From contig OZ246408.1 in assembly GCA_965231015.1 (NCBI GenBank), positions 346,158 through 394,487 on the forward strand: a DNA stretch of 48,330 nt, written 5' to 3'. Source of the stretch: an uncultured Gammaproteobacteria bacterium. GTDB lineage: Bacteria > Patescibacteriota > Patescibacteriia > UBA9934 > CAZDDW01. This document shows, one piece after another, positions 1 to 8,870 of the stretch (positions are counted from its first letter, which is position 1; each line of letters begins with the position of its first letter). The position numbers and the translations under genes are program-made. The notes below the pieces were generated by a model. It was not told the DNA's origin, did no database searches, and saw nothing but the letters and a program-made list of their open reading frames with translations.

Positions 1-1
1 G

Positions 2-211
2 GTTTCACGTCTGCGAGAACGGATTGAATCGCGAACCCGGCTCATCAAGAGTTTAGATCCTAAACGAGTACTCGAACGCGGATATTCGCTTGTGACTTCA
101 AAGGGAAAAGTGGTTAAAAAGGCGTCTCAATTGGACGCGGGTGATAAAATTAAGGTACAATTTGCTCAAGGTTCGGCAGATGCCGACGTAACTAAAAAAT
201 ATGCCTCCTAA
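2..211 (+). CDS. xseA: exodeoxyribonuclease VII large subunit, C-terminal fragment (5' end outside window)
   Basis: Open frame from the window edge to TAA 209-211. The tail LDPKRVLERGYSLVTSKGKVVKKASQLDAGDKIKVQFAQGSADADV fits the XseA C-terminus. Overlaps the xseB start by 11 nt. Confidence 0.75.
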   Translation, partial: VSRLRERIESRTRLIKSLDPKRVLERGYSLVTSKGKVVKKASQLDAGDKIKVQFAQGSADADVTKKYAS

Positions 212-416
212 AAAGAAAGCTGACTTTGCTGCGGCCTTTGCCGAGCTAGAAAAAATTTCAGAATGGTTCGAAACCGAAGAGATTGACCTGGACGAGGGCT
301 TGAAAAAGTTTGAACGTGGTTTAGAACTCGCAACTGATTGTAAGAAAAAATTAACCGAGGTCGAAAATAAGGTCGAAGAGATCAAAAAGAAGTTTTCTGA
401 CCTTGCTAACGAATAA
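201..416 (+). CDS. xseB: exodeoxyribonuclease VII small subunit
   Basis: 71 aa. FAELEKISEWFETEEIDLDEGLKKFERGLELATDCKKKL is the typical XseB helical hairpin. Coupled to xseA. Confidence 0.85.
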   Translation: MPPKKKADFAAAFAELEKISEWFETEEIDLDEGLKKFERGLELATDCKKKLTEVENKVEEIKKKFSDLANE

Positions 417-418
417 TT

Positions 419-769
419 ATGTTTTTAATACTTCGTTGGGTGATCATGTCCGTGGCACTCCTTGGAGTTGCCTACTTGGTACCTGGATTCGAGGTTACCT
501 CGTTTTACATCGCTCTACTCGCAGCCCTTGTGCTCGGTTTAGCTAACGCAGTAGTCCGACCTCTCGTTTTTATTTTGACTCTCCCGGTCAATATCATAAC
601 ACTCGGATTGTTCACGTTCATTATCAACGCAGCCATGATCTGGCTCGCGGCTTCTGTAGTGCCAGGATTCGAGATTGCAAATTTTGTTTCCGCTGTAATG
701 GGGGCGATTGTACTTTGGGTCGTTGGGCTCTTCGTAAACGCGTTAATTAAACAGGCTAAGCGTTCATAA
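419..769 (+). CDS. phage-holin-4_2 / DUF360-like small membrane protein
   Basis: 116 aa with about four TM helices. LGLANAVVRPLVFILTLPVNIITLGLFTFIINA resembles the YvlD/DUF360 family. Confidence 0.65.
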   Translation: MFLILRWVIMSVALLGVAYLVPGFEVTSFYIALLAALVLGLANAVVRPLVFILTLPVNIITLGLFTFIINAAMIWLAASVVPGFEIANFVSAVMGAIVLWVVGLFVNALIKQAKRS

Positions 770-774
770 GAGCT

Positions 775-1455
775 ATGAAAAAGACTCATGTTTTATCGGT
801 TGGTGGATCAATCGTGGCTCCAGCTGGTGGAATTAATATTTTCTTGCTCAAAAAACTAAAAACATTACTCTCAAAGATGTCCCGAAGTGGGCATCGTTTT
901 GTTATTGTGGTTGGCGGGGGTTCAACGTGTCGAGATTATCAAAACGCAGCTCGAAAGGCCGGGGTAAAATCCAAGGATGATCTTGATTGGATTGGGATTG
1001 CGTGTTCAAGAGCCAACGCAGAACTCGTGCGATCGATTTTTGGTAAGCTGGCATCTCAACAAATTGTGACTGATCCGACTAAACCGATTAAACCAGGGAA
1101 GGTGATCGTAGCTGGTGGTTGGAAGCCAGGTTGGTCAACTGATTATGTGGCGGTCAAGCTCGCTAAGAAACTCAGGGCTCAAGAGGTAATCAATATTTCA
1201 AATATCAAGTACGTTTTTGATAAGGATCCATCAAAACATAAAGATGCCAAGCCATTGAAAGAGATAACATGGAAAGATTTTAAAAAGTTAGTTGGCAGTA
1301 AATGGAATCCAGGTTTGAATATGCCATTTGATCCGATCGCAACTAAATTGGCGGCTCGACACGGTCTGGAAGTGATGGTTGCAGATGGTAAAAATTTGAA
1401 GAACCTGGAAAATATTTTGAAAGGGAAGTCATTTACGGGAACAAGAATTCGCTAA
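775..1455 (+). CDS. pyrH: UMP kinase, archaeal-type (amino acid kinase fold)
   Basis: 226 aa. Contains VLSVGGS, VIVVGGGSTCRDYQ and AGGWKPGWSTDYVA motifs. Confidence 0.75.
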   Translation: MKKTHVLSVGGSIVAPAGGINIFLLKKLKTLLSKMSRSGHRFVIVVGGGSTCRDYQNAARKAGVKSKDDLDWIGIACSRANAELVRSIFGKLASQQIVTDPTKPIKPGKVIVAGGWKPGWSTDYVAVKLAKKLRAQEVINISNIKYVFDKDPSKHKDAKPLKEITWKDFKKLVGSKWNPGLNMPFDPIATKLAARHGLEVMVADGKNLKNLENILKGKSFTGTRIR

Positions 1456-1499
1456 AAAAATACGCCCGCGCCGGTTTCAGAGTTGAGACCGGGGCGGGT
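1454..1499. terminator. GC-rich hairpin terminator between pyrH (+) and the 76-aa ORF (-)
   Basis: CCCGC-g-CCGGT / ACCGG-g-GCGGG stem, with an A-run on the left and so a T-run on the minus strand. Confidence 0.6.
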
Positions 1500-1506
1500 C
1501 TTGTAT

Positions 1507-1737
1507 TTAGTGAGTACACGGTTTGATGACTGTCTTGCCGCGCTCGGTCACGTGAACCCCGCGGATGATCACAGGGAAGCCGGCATAGCGCAAGGACCAG
1601 TCTTTGATCATGCGATTACGTTGCTTAAGCCATTCCGGCTCTTCATTATACCAGTCGACAAGGTCGTCAAGACTGTAGTCCTCGGACGGACGTATTTCGA
1701 TTTCCTCGCACTCGTCGGTTGGTTCGACTGAAGACAC
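1507..1737 (-). CDS. hypothetical 76-aa acidic protein in GC-elevated islet 1 (GTG start)
   Basis: ORF track. The sequence is protein-like (DDLVDWYNEEPEWLKQRNRMIKDW) and is followed by a minus-strand terminator. G+C is 33 of 60 at 1561-1620. No family recognised. Confidence 0.5.
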   Translation of the reverse strand: MSSVEPTDECEEIEIRPSEDYSLDDLVDWYNEEPEWLKQRNRMIKDWSLRYAGFPVIIRGVHVTERGKTVIKPCTH

Positions 1738-1867
1738 TCTCTCTACTTAGACTTGAGTTGACCTCGAGGCTCAGTACTACCTGGGCTTCCAGGACGTCAA
1801 TCGCGGTCATACCATCCGGCTCGTCACCGCGCTTGGATTCTAAACTCCAACCTGTCACCGCATCTCG

Positions 1868-1905
1868 CACCTCGTTCCCCCTTGGGAGCGAGGTGTTTCG
1901 TTTTT
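1868..1905 (+). terminator. hairpin plus T-run (terminator-like on plus strand; antisense to islet ORFs)
   Basis: CACCTCG(14 nt)CGAGGTG followed by TTTCGTTTTT. Confidence 0.35.
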
Positions 1906-2110
1906 AAGTGAAGGGGGTACGGTGTTTGTTCGTAGGTACGAAAAACATGTCGAGTATACTTGTTAATTTGGCGAAATAAGCAAATACCCAGTGCTTTCTT
2001 AATCGATCGAATAGGAAAGTAACTTGTGTAGGTAAAAAGTTCCGATCGGGAAGATTTTACCTGCAGGATAAGATCGAAGTGGTATAAGTTAAGCCTGATT
2101 TGGTTCATTC

Positions 2111-2139
2111 TTGACATGTTTTAGGTCTTAGGTTATACT
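2111..2139 (+). promoter_or_regulatory. sigma70-like promoter of rplJ-rplL
   Basis: TTGACA (2111-2116), 17-nt spacer, TATACT (2134-2139). Confidence 0.55.
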
Positions 2140-2145
2140 TGAGCC

Positions 2146-2267
2146 ACAAATAAATTAGCCGTAGACAATAGGCATCAAATAAGACCTATCGAGGTGGAAT
2201 AAGCGAAATTTTCGCTGTCTATTGTCTGCGCCTAAGTGCAGATTTTTTCTTAACAAAGGTCGATAAT
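2146..2267 (+). promoter_or_regulatory. candidate ribosomal protein L10 leader (autoregulatory 5' UTR)
   Basis: AGACAATAG (2163-2171) pairs with CTATTGTCT (2219-2227). Inner hairpin GCGAAATTTTCGC. A weak hairpin plus T-run lies just before rplJ. Confidence 0.4.
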
Positions 2268-2792
2268 ATGGCAAAGACGAAACAACAGAAAGAAGAGATC
2301 GTGGCAGAGCTGACAGATAAGTTCGGTCGCGCCAAGTCAGCTGTTTTTACCAAGGCTGACGGTTTTACCATGTCTGACGCTGATGAGCTCCGCAAGACCG
2401 CCAAGGACGAAGGGCTCGATATCATGATCGCCAAAAAGACGCTCATGAAATTAGCAGCCGACAGTGCAAAAGTTGAAGGGGTTGACCCTAAGGCTTTGGA
2501 GGGAAGTGTGCTCGTAACATTCGGGTACGACGACGAGGTAGCTCCGGCTCGTGTGATGGCTAAGTTCATCAAGGAACGGGAAACCATGGAAATCCTCGCC
2601 GGTGTGCTTGAGGGCAAAGGCGTTCCTGACGATATGGTAGTAAGTCTCTCAAAACTGCCAAGCAAGGAAGAGCTTCTTGCCAAGGTGGTTGGATCGATCA
2701 ACGCTCCAGTGTCAGGTTTCGTTGGTGTCTTGAACGCCAATTTACGAAACTTGGTCGGGGTACTTAATGCGATCCAGGAAAAGAAAGCGTAA
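2268..2792 (+). CDS. rplJ: 50S ribosomal protein L10
   Basis: 174 aa. [19 protein letters not shown]...[11 protein letters not shown] is typical of L10. Immediately upstream of rplL. Confidence 0.9.
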   Translation: MAKTKQQKEEIVAELTDKFGRAKSAVFTKADGFTMSDADELRKTAKDEGLDIMIAKKTLMKLAADSAKVEGVDPKALEGSVLVTFGYDDEVAPARVMAKFIKERETMEILAGVLEGKGVPDDMVVSLSKLPSKEELLAKVVGSINAPVSGFVGVLNANLRNLVGVLNAIQEKKA

Positions 2793-2814
2793 TTACAAAT
2801 TTAACATCAACACT

Positions 2815-3261
2815 ATGGCTGATGAAGAAAAGAAAGACGACGTTCAGGAAGCTGCGGCTGACGAAAAGAAAGCTTTGGAAGTTCCTGAAAAGTTCGCCAA
2901 GCTCGTTTCAGAGATCGAAGGCATGTCAGTGCTTGACCTCTCAGAACTTGTAAAAATCCTCGAAGATAAGTTCGGGGTAAGTGCAGCCGCTCCTGTGGCT
3001 GTTGCTGCAGCTCCTGGCGCTGCTGGTGAAGCCGGCGCTGCCGAGGAAAAGAGTGAGTTCAATGTTGAGCTTACTGCTGTAGGAGATAATAAGATCAACG
3101 TCATTAAGGCTGTTCGTGAGATTACCGGTTTGGGACTCAAGGAAGCTAAAGACATTGTTGACGGAGCTCCTAAGACTGTAAAGGAAGCTGTTGCTAAGGC
3201 AGAGGCTGAAGAGATGAAGAAGAAGATTGAGGAAGCTGGTGGTACAGCTGAACTCAAATAA
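2815..3261 (+). CDS. rplL: 50S ribosomal protein L7/L12 (with about 20-aa acidic N-terminal extension)
   Basis: Internal ATG at 2815 (MADEEKK). Contains [19 protein letters not shown], an Ala/Pro hinge and [22 protein letters not shown]. Confidence 0.9.
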   Translation: MADEEKKDDVQEAAADEKKALEVPEKFAKLVSEIEGMSVLDLSELVKILEDKFGVSAAAPVAVAAAPGAAGEAGAAEEKSEFNVELTAVGDNKINVIKAVREITGLGLKEAKDIVDGAPKTVKEAVAKAEAEEMKKKIEEAGGTAELK

Positions 3262-3276
3262 ATTTAGAAAGAAATC

Positions 3277-3312
3277 AAAAACAGAGCCTATTGTAGGCTC
3301 TGTTTTTATTTT
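3277..3312. terminator. bidirectional rho-independent terminator
   Basis: ACAGAGCC-tattgta-GGCTCTGT flanked by an A-run and a T-run, between convergent genes. Confidence 0.7.
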
Positions 3313-3318
3313 TGATTA

Positions 3319-5445
3319 TTAAAGGTGTGTCATTGGGAACTCAAGGACTTGAGTGCTGACCAGGATCAAGATTCGTTTGTTGGCTTCGTCGGCAATGAAC
3401 TCAATGGCACCTTCAAACAGGCCTGATTGATACTGAACAATAAGTTTACCACTTTCTTTTTCAAAGACGATTAATCTACCACTGGTCGGTTCGAGAAGAT
3501 ACAGATACTTGCTAACGTCATCGGTCCATATTTCTGTAGCCCCGGTTAGGCTTGGATCAATTGTATCGTGATTCCAATTTACTTCTTCGCCCCCATCAAA
3601 CACCACGATTGATCCATCAGTCTTAAGCAGATAAATTCGTCCGTCAATTGACAGGGCGACCGTATCAGTTAAATCTGCCTGCTTGTTGTTGATCCAGCTG
3701 GAACCGCTGTCAAATCCATCACCGGCTCGCAGGTACTTAATAATCTGTTCTGCTTCAGGAACGAGGGCGTAGATGCGTCGGGCATAAACTTCGATATCCG
3801 GTACTTCGTTTTCGATCCAACCAATACTGACCGGCTCGAGCAAACTCTGATCCGGATCAAACATGGTAATTCCCGGACGAGTATCAAGATAGTAAAAGAC
3901 GTTATTGGTGCTGTCATAACCCACATCAATTGCGGCGGCTCCAACTGATTCTCCAAGGTCAACCACGCCAATTTTTTTCGATACCTCATCAACTGAATAT
4001 GCCAGACCATTATCAGCGAAAACAAAAATCCCGTTTGTACTTAGACCAAGCGTTGTGGCCGCTGCTTCAGACTCTACTTCACGCAGGTCGGCCAGTACGG
4101 TTGGAGAATTAACAGCTGTAATGTGTCGAAGTTCGTTTAAAGCGGTTTCGAGCTCTGATCTTAATTCAGCTTGTTTAGCGGCCCTTTCCTCATTCTCGGT
4201 GTTCAGATTAGCAACCATATTCATGGCTTCAATAAGTAAAGTACGAGCTTGGTTATCGTCGTGATAAATCACGCTTGCTTCTGCCGCATCCCGTTTTTCA
4301 TAAATTGCTTCCACAGACGCCTCGTATTCAGCTAAGCCCCGCTGTTTTTCTTTTGATTTTGAAATAAAGAAGATGCTGGTGCCAAGAATCAGTACCAGAA
4401 CCAGTACCGCTAGGAGAATGTATTTACTGGTTTTTGGAAGGACGTTAAAACGTCGTAGAAGGCCATGGATAAACTGATCGGTTTTTGATTTTGTCAGACG
4501 CAGTTTTTGTTTCTTGTCAGCCTTGATAATAATCATGCCAACTCGGTAAACAAATTTAACAAGGCCCCAACCCAGACTGACTGTGACAATCAACGCAGCT
4601 AAAATGATTTTTCCAAAGATCAATAGAATATTGAAAACAAAAGACAGTTTACTGACATCCGGACGTTGATCTTCTAAAACATGTTGCGTTTTTGCACCAG
4701 CCTCATTTAATTCTTCAACGGTCTGTGTGCTCGGTAATGATTTTGTCTTTGGTGAGGCTTGTGCTTTCAGGATGATCGAGCCAAAGTCAGCTTTAAGTGG
4801 GAAGTACTGACGAATTTTTACTACGGCGCCAGATGGAGGAAGAGTCGAGATTACGTTCATGAGATCGTCTTTTGGTACTTCTTTGATCAATTCTCTGTTG
4901 GCAGTTAAAAATACATCACCCGGGTGCAGGTCTCCATCAAGCACCACCGCGAATATTTTTTCCCAACTTGGTTTAGTTTGTTCTGTTTCAACCCCTCGGA
5001 ACAAGTTGTAAATTTGGTACCTGGTTTTATTTTTTTGATGCAGCAAAATGCCGATCATCTCTCCGGCACCACTGAGATACATGCGGTCATCAGCGGCGAT
5101 GCCAAGTGTGGCACTAAATTTTTCCGGAACCAGATTGATTTGTCCGGCATCATCCATGGCTCGGATATCCTCATTTATTTCGGAAAGCAATTTCTCAAAT
5201 TCACGTTGCAGGTTAGTCTTAGAGCTGATTCTTTCAGCCAATCTGATTAAACGACCGTTGATGATTTGACCAATTTCTGTGGCCAAATCTTGGTCACCTC
5301 TTACATCGAGCAGGTAAAAAGCAAACCCTTCCCGTTCTTCAAGGGGTAAGACCTGTGCTTTAATAAAAACAAGGCCACCTTCCTTGGCTTCATCGAAATG
5401 TCCTATTTTTAGCTCAGTCTGGGCCATAGTCTTGTTGATTTGCAT
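3319..5445 (-). CDS. large membrane protein, function unknown
   Basis: 708-aa ORF. Domain order: N-terminal globular region, TM segments (about aa 270-360), coiled coil, C-terminal repeat/beta-propeller-like region. The N-terminus weakly resembles a PP2C/SpoIIE-type fold, but this is uncertain. Confidence 0.6.
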   Translation of the reverse strand: MQINKTMAQTELKIGHFDEAKEGGLVFIKAQVLPLEEREGFAFYLLDVRGDQDLATEIGQIINGRLIRLAERISSKTNLQREFEKLLSEINEDIRAMDDAGQINLVPEKFSATLGIAADDRMYLSGAGEMIGILLHQKNKTRYQIYNLFRGVETEQTKPSWEKIFAVVLDGDLHPGDVFLTANRELIKEVPKDDLMNVISTLPPSGAVVKIRQYFPLKADFGSIILKAQASPKTKSLPSTQTVEELNEAGAKTQHVLEDQRPDVSKLSFVFNILLIFGKIILAALIVTVSLGWGLVKFVYRVGMIIIKADKKQKLRLTKSKTDQFIHGLLRRFNVLPKTSKYILLAVLVLVLILGTSIFFISKSKEKQRGLAEYEASVEAIYEKRDAAEASVIYHDDNQARTLLIEAMNMVANLNTENEERAAKQAELRSELETALNELRHITAVNSPTVLADLREVESEAAATTLGLSTNGIFVFADNGLAYSVDEVSKKIGVVDLGESVGAAAIDVGYDSTNNVFYYLDTRPGITMFDPDQSLLEPVSIGWIENEVPDIEVYARRIYALVPEAEQIIKYLRAGDGFDSGSSWINNKQADLTDTVALSIDGRIYLLKTDGSIVVFDGGEEVNWNHDTIDPSLTGATEIWTDDVSKYLYLLEPTSGRLIVFEKESGKLIVQYQSGLFEGAIEFIADEANKRILILVSTQVLEFPMTHL

Positions 5446-5511
5446 GATATAGGCAGTTCGTGTACATTATACCTGAGTGAATATTGTACGCAATACCCAG
5501 GTTGAACAATT

Positions 5512-6126
5512 ATGGCTAAGTCAAACTTCAAACTTGAACAGATCTTTGGTTCAAAGACAAGAGCCCGCTTGCTTGGAATTTTCATGCAGAATTCCGATCA
5601 GGCTTTTTTCGTTCGTGAATTAACCAGAAAGATTGATGCTCAGCTGAATTCAGTCCGTCGAGAGATTGATAACCTGCTTAAATTAGGGATTATTCTTGAG
5701 GTTAAAAAGAAGAAGGGAAAAGACGGCAAAATAAAATCTGACAAGAAAAAATATTTCACAGCCAATCCTGACTTTATGCTGTTTGAAGACATGCGAAGTC
5801 TTTTTAAGAAAGTGCAGATTTTAATGAAACAAAACCTTGTTCAACAAATTGATGACAAGGGCAAGATTGACTACTTGGCTTTCACAGGAAAGTTCGTAGA
5901 TGAAAAAGATGTCCCAACTGACATTATAATTGTTGGGAGTATTGAGCAGAAGGTTTTACAGAAGCTCGTCAAGTCGTTTGAAAATGAATTTGGCACCGAA
6001 ATCAATTATACCTTGATGCCGCGTGATGAATTTTTATACCGCCGGCAAATTACAGACCGTTTCTTATTTTCGATTCTCGAAAGAGAAAAAGTGGAAATGA
6101 TCAATCGGGTCAAGGATCAGAAATAA
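5512..6126 (+). CDS. winged-helix (ArsR-like) DNA-binding protein with C-terminal extension
   Basis: 204 aa. The N-terminus IFGSKTRARLLGIFMQNSDQAFFVRELTRKIDAQLNSVRREIDNLLKLGII looks like a wHTH. Confidence 0.5.
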   Translation: MAKSNFKLEQIFGSKTRARLLGIFMQNSDQAFFVRELTRKIDAQLNSVRREIDNLLKLGIILEVKKKKGKDGKIKSDKKKYFTANPDFMLFEDMRSLFKKVQILMKQNLVQQIDDKGKIDYLAFTGKFVDEKDVPTDIIIVGSIEQKVLQKLVKSFENEFGTEINYTLMPRDEFLYRRQITDRFLFSILEREKVEMINRVKDQK

Positions 6127-6132
6127 CCCTAT

Positions 6133-6522
6133 ATGTTGCTTTATATAGATCCAACTGATATTTATTCTCTTCAGTTAGGCATTATTAAAGAAGGTAATTT
6201 AGTTAAACATTCAGATCATAAAGTGGGTCCTGAGGATTTTTTGAACATGCTTATTAAAGATTTGAATGCTTGGGAAGTCGGGGTGGATAATATAACAGCG
6301 GTGGTAGTTGTAAAGGGGCCTGGTTCTGCAACTGCTTTAAGAGCCGGGGTGAGTATTGCTAACTCGATTGGTTTTATCAAAGCTGTTCCTGTGATTGGTA
6401 TCACTAGAATTGATAGTCTTGAGGCAACAGGATTGATTCAGAAAAACATTGACTTCATTACACAAAACCTGAACACTAAATTTATTCCTCTTTCACCCGT
6501 GTACGAAAGAGAGGCAGTATAA
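6133..6522 (+). CDS. short TsaB/YeaZ-like protein (t6A biosynthesis partner), truncated form
   Basis: 129 aa. VVVVKGPGSATALRAGVSIANSIGF resembles the TsaB GPGSFTGLR motif. About half the usual length. Confidence 0.5.
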   Translation: MLLYIDPTDIYSLQLGIIKEGNLVKHSDHKVGPEDFLNMLIKDLNAWEVGVDNITAVVVVKGPGSATALRAGVSIANSIGFIKAVPVIGITRIDSLEATGLIQKNIDFITQNLNTKFIPLSPVYEREAV

Positions 6523-6590
6523 GAAGACGACTGTGGAAGCATGTCTTTTTTATTTTGTGTAAAATAGTTATGTAATTAATAAATGTTCTT

Positions 6591-7268
6591 ATGACAACAT
6601 CATTCGATATAATTCAAACAGCCTTTGCAGATCTTTGGGCCAGCTTGCTTGAATTTTTGCCGCTGTTTTTAGGGGCACTCATTGTGTTCCTAATCGGGCT
6701 TATCATTGCTCTTATCTTGAAGAAGATTGTAATGAAAATTTCTAATTTTCTTAAACTGGATGAGCTAGCAGTGAAGCTTGAAGTAAAAAAGAGTTTTGAA
6801 CGTTCCGGTATCAGGCTCCACATTGCCGGACTACTGGGCTGGATTGTTAAGTGGTTTGTGATCGTTGTGGCTCTTATTGCCGCAACTGACATTTTGGGCT
6901 GGACACAACTGACAGAATTTTTAAAAGAGGTTGTGTTGTATCTGCCAAATGTGATCATTGCAGTCATCATTCTGCTCGTTGGAGTATTGCTTGCGAATTT
7001 TGTTTACAACGTGGTCAAGACCGCGGTTGATGCGGCCAAACTTACGTCAGCAGATTTCCTGGCCGGTATTTCCAAGTGGGCGATTCTGGTGTTCAGTTTT
7101 ATGGCCGCACTTTCCCAGCTTGGGATTGCCCAGGCGCTCATTCAGGTTCTTTTCACCGGATTCGTAGCCTTGCTGGCCCTAGCTGGTGGATTGGCCTTCG
7201 GGCTTGGCGGAAAGGATCATGCTAATCGCGCCTTGAATCGGTTGAAAAAAGATATCTCTGCAGAATAG
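6591..7268 (+). CDS. multi-pass membrane protein with conserved TM-helix repeats (MscS-associated type)
   Basis: 225 aa with repeated hydrophobic helices carrying LPNVIIAVIILLVG-type segments. Confidence 0.5.
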   Translation: MTTSFDIIQTAFADLWASLLEFLPLFLGALIVFLIGLIIALILKKIVMKISNFLKLDELAVKLEVKKSFERSGIRLHIAGLLGWIVKWFVIVVALIAATDILGWTQLTEFLKEVVLYLPNVIIAVIILLVGVLLANFVYNVVKTAVDAAKLTSADFLAGISKWAILVFSFMAALSQLGIAQALIQVLFTGFVALLALAGGLAFGLGGKDHANRALNRLKKDISAE

Positions 7269-7383
7269 AGGAAACGCTCAGAAAATATTATCATCGAACC
7301 GCTCGGCCTCGGCTGGGCGGTTTTCGATCAAGACCCCTTAAGCTCTTGTTTTGTTAGCCTAAATATGGTAATTTCAGGTCAAT

Positions 7384-8868
7384 ATGGAGCAATATTCATA
7401 CGGAAAACATCGTTATTTTGAGGTAATTCCCGGACTCCTGCTGTGGTTCACTTTTGGCCTGGCGATTGTGTTATCTTTTGTCGCACCAATCTGGGCTATT
7501 ATTTTCATTATAATTTTTGACCTGTATTGGGTTTTCCGGGTGAGTTATTTTATTTTCTATTTGGTTTTGTCGTGGCGGAAGTATAGAGCTTACACAAAAA
7601 AAGATTGGTTTTTAGAAGTGGAGCAGATTGAGGATTGGCAAAAGTTGTACCATTTTGTTTTTCTACCAACTTACAAAGAAAGTATCGGTATCATCCGTGA
7701 TACCTTGAACGCAATAAAGAACTCGAAGTATCCGAACAAAAAGTTTGTGATTGTTTTAGGAGGTGAAGAAGGCGACAAGGAACACTTTAGAGAAAATGCT
7801 CAAAAGGTGTACGAGGAATACAATGATGTTTTTTTCAAACTGATCATTACTGAACATCTGAAGGGTCTGCCAAATGAAATTCCCGGCAAGGGATCAAACA
7901 TGAATTGGATGGGGCACCAGGTGAAAAAAGTTATTGATCAAAATTTAAAGATTCCTTACGAGGATATTGTAGTCTCGGCTCTCGACGTCGACACCAATGT
8001 CCATCCTCAATATTTTGCTTGTTTGGCGTATCATTATTTGACTCACCCCAATCCTACTCATTCCAGTTATCAGCCGCTCACGCTTTATTCGAACAATATC
8101 TGGGAAGCAACTGCTCCGGTTCGAATCCAGGCGTTTAGTAATACTTTTTGGTTATTAACTGAGTTGGCTCGGCCAAATCGATTGTGGACTTTCTCTTCCC
8201 ATTCTATGCCGTGGAAGATGCTCGTTGACGTTGGTTTTTGGCAAAAAGACATGGTTAGTGAAGACTCAAGAATTTTTTTACAGGGCTTAATTCGTTATCA
8301 CGGCGATTATGAAGTCACTCCACTTTATATCCCGGTGAACCTTGATGCCTTAATGGGTGAAGGATTCTTCGATACACTTAGCGCGCTTTACAAACAACAA
8401 CGGCGTTGGGCCTGGGGAGTAGAACACTTACCGTATATGTTGGTTGAGTTTATAAAAGATAAGCAGATGCCATTCCGAGTCAAGCTCAAATATGTATTTA
8501 ATCAGATTGAAGGAATGTATACCTGGGCCACAGCACCAATTTTGATTTTCATTCTTGGGTGGTTGCCGCTTTGGGTGATCAAGGATACCGAGGCAACCAG
8601 TGTTTTGGTTCAGAACGCTCCGTTTACTCTAGAGTGGCTGATGCGTTTGGCCATGCTGGGAATTTTTATTTCCGGATTTTTAAGTGTGTCCTTTTTGCCA
8701 CGTCGGCCCAAGAAGGTTAAGCCTTTAGCCTGGGCAGTAATGATTTTGCAATGGGCGTTGCTCCCAATTACTTTTGTAGTATTCGGTGCTTTACCAGCGG
8801 TAGATGCTCAAACTCGATTAATGCTTGGAAAATACCTCGGCTTTAACGTAACTAAGAAACAGCGCTAA
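7384..8868 (+). CDS. membrane-embedded family 2 glycosyltransferase (processive, cellulose-synthase-like)
   Basis: 494 aa. N- and C-terminal TM helices, LPTYKE, a DVD-type motif and the QQRRWAWG (QxxRW) motif. Confidence 0.75.
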   Translation: MEQYSYGKHRYFEVIPGLLLWFTFGLAIVLSFVAPIWAIIFIIIFDLYWVFRVSYFIFYLVLSWRKYRAYTKKDWFLEVEQIEDWQKLYHFVFLPTYKESIGIIRDTLNAIKNSKYPNKKFVIVLGGEEGDKEHFRENAQKVYEEYNDVFFKLIITEHLKGLPNEIPGKGSNMNWMGHQVKKVIDQNLKIPYEDIVVSALDVDTNVHPQYFACLAYHYLTHPNPTHSSYQPLTLYSNNIWEATAPVRIQAFSNTFWLLTELARPNRLWTFSSHSMPWKMLVDVGFWQKDMVSEDSRIFLQGLIRYHGDYEVTPLYIPVNLDALMGEGFFDTLSALYKQQRRWAWGVEHLPYMLVEFIKDKQMPFRVKLKYVFNQIEGMYTWATAPILIFILGWLPLWVIKDTEATSVLVQNAPFTLEWLMRLAMLGIFISGFLSVSFLPRRPKKVKPLAWAVMILQWALLPITFVVFGALPAVDAQTRLMLGKYLGFNVTKKQR

Positions 8869-8870
8869 CT

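Noticed and set aside
1456-1910. GC-rich islet 1 as tmRNA or RNase P RNA (structured RNAs often stand out as GC peaks in low-GC genomes)
   Set aside because: I could not find the tRNA-like 3' end with CCA or the GGGGCTGA-type 5' end expected of tmRNA. The P4 GAGGAAAGTCC / ACAGAA..CCGGCTTA motifs of RNase P were also absent. A protein-like ORF with a terminator fits better.
2219-3257. Antisense ORFs of 173 aa and 137 aa opposite rplJ and rplL
   Set aside because: These are shadow frames of highly expressed, compositionally biased ribosomal protein genes. The products are Ser/Ala-rich nonsense.
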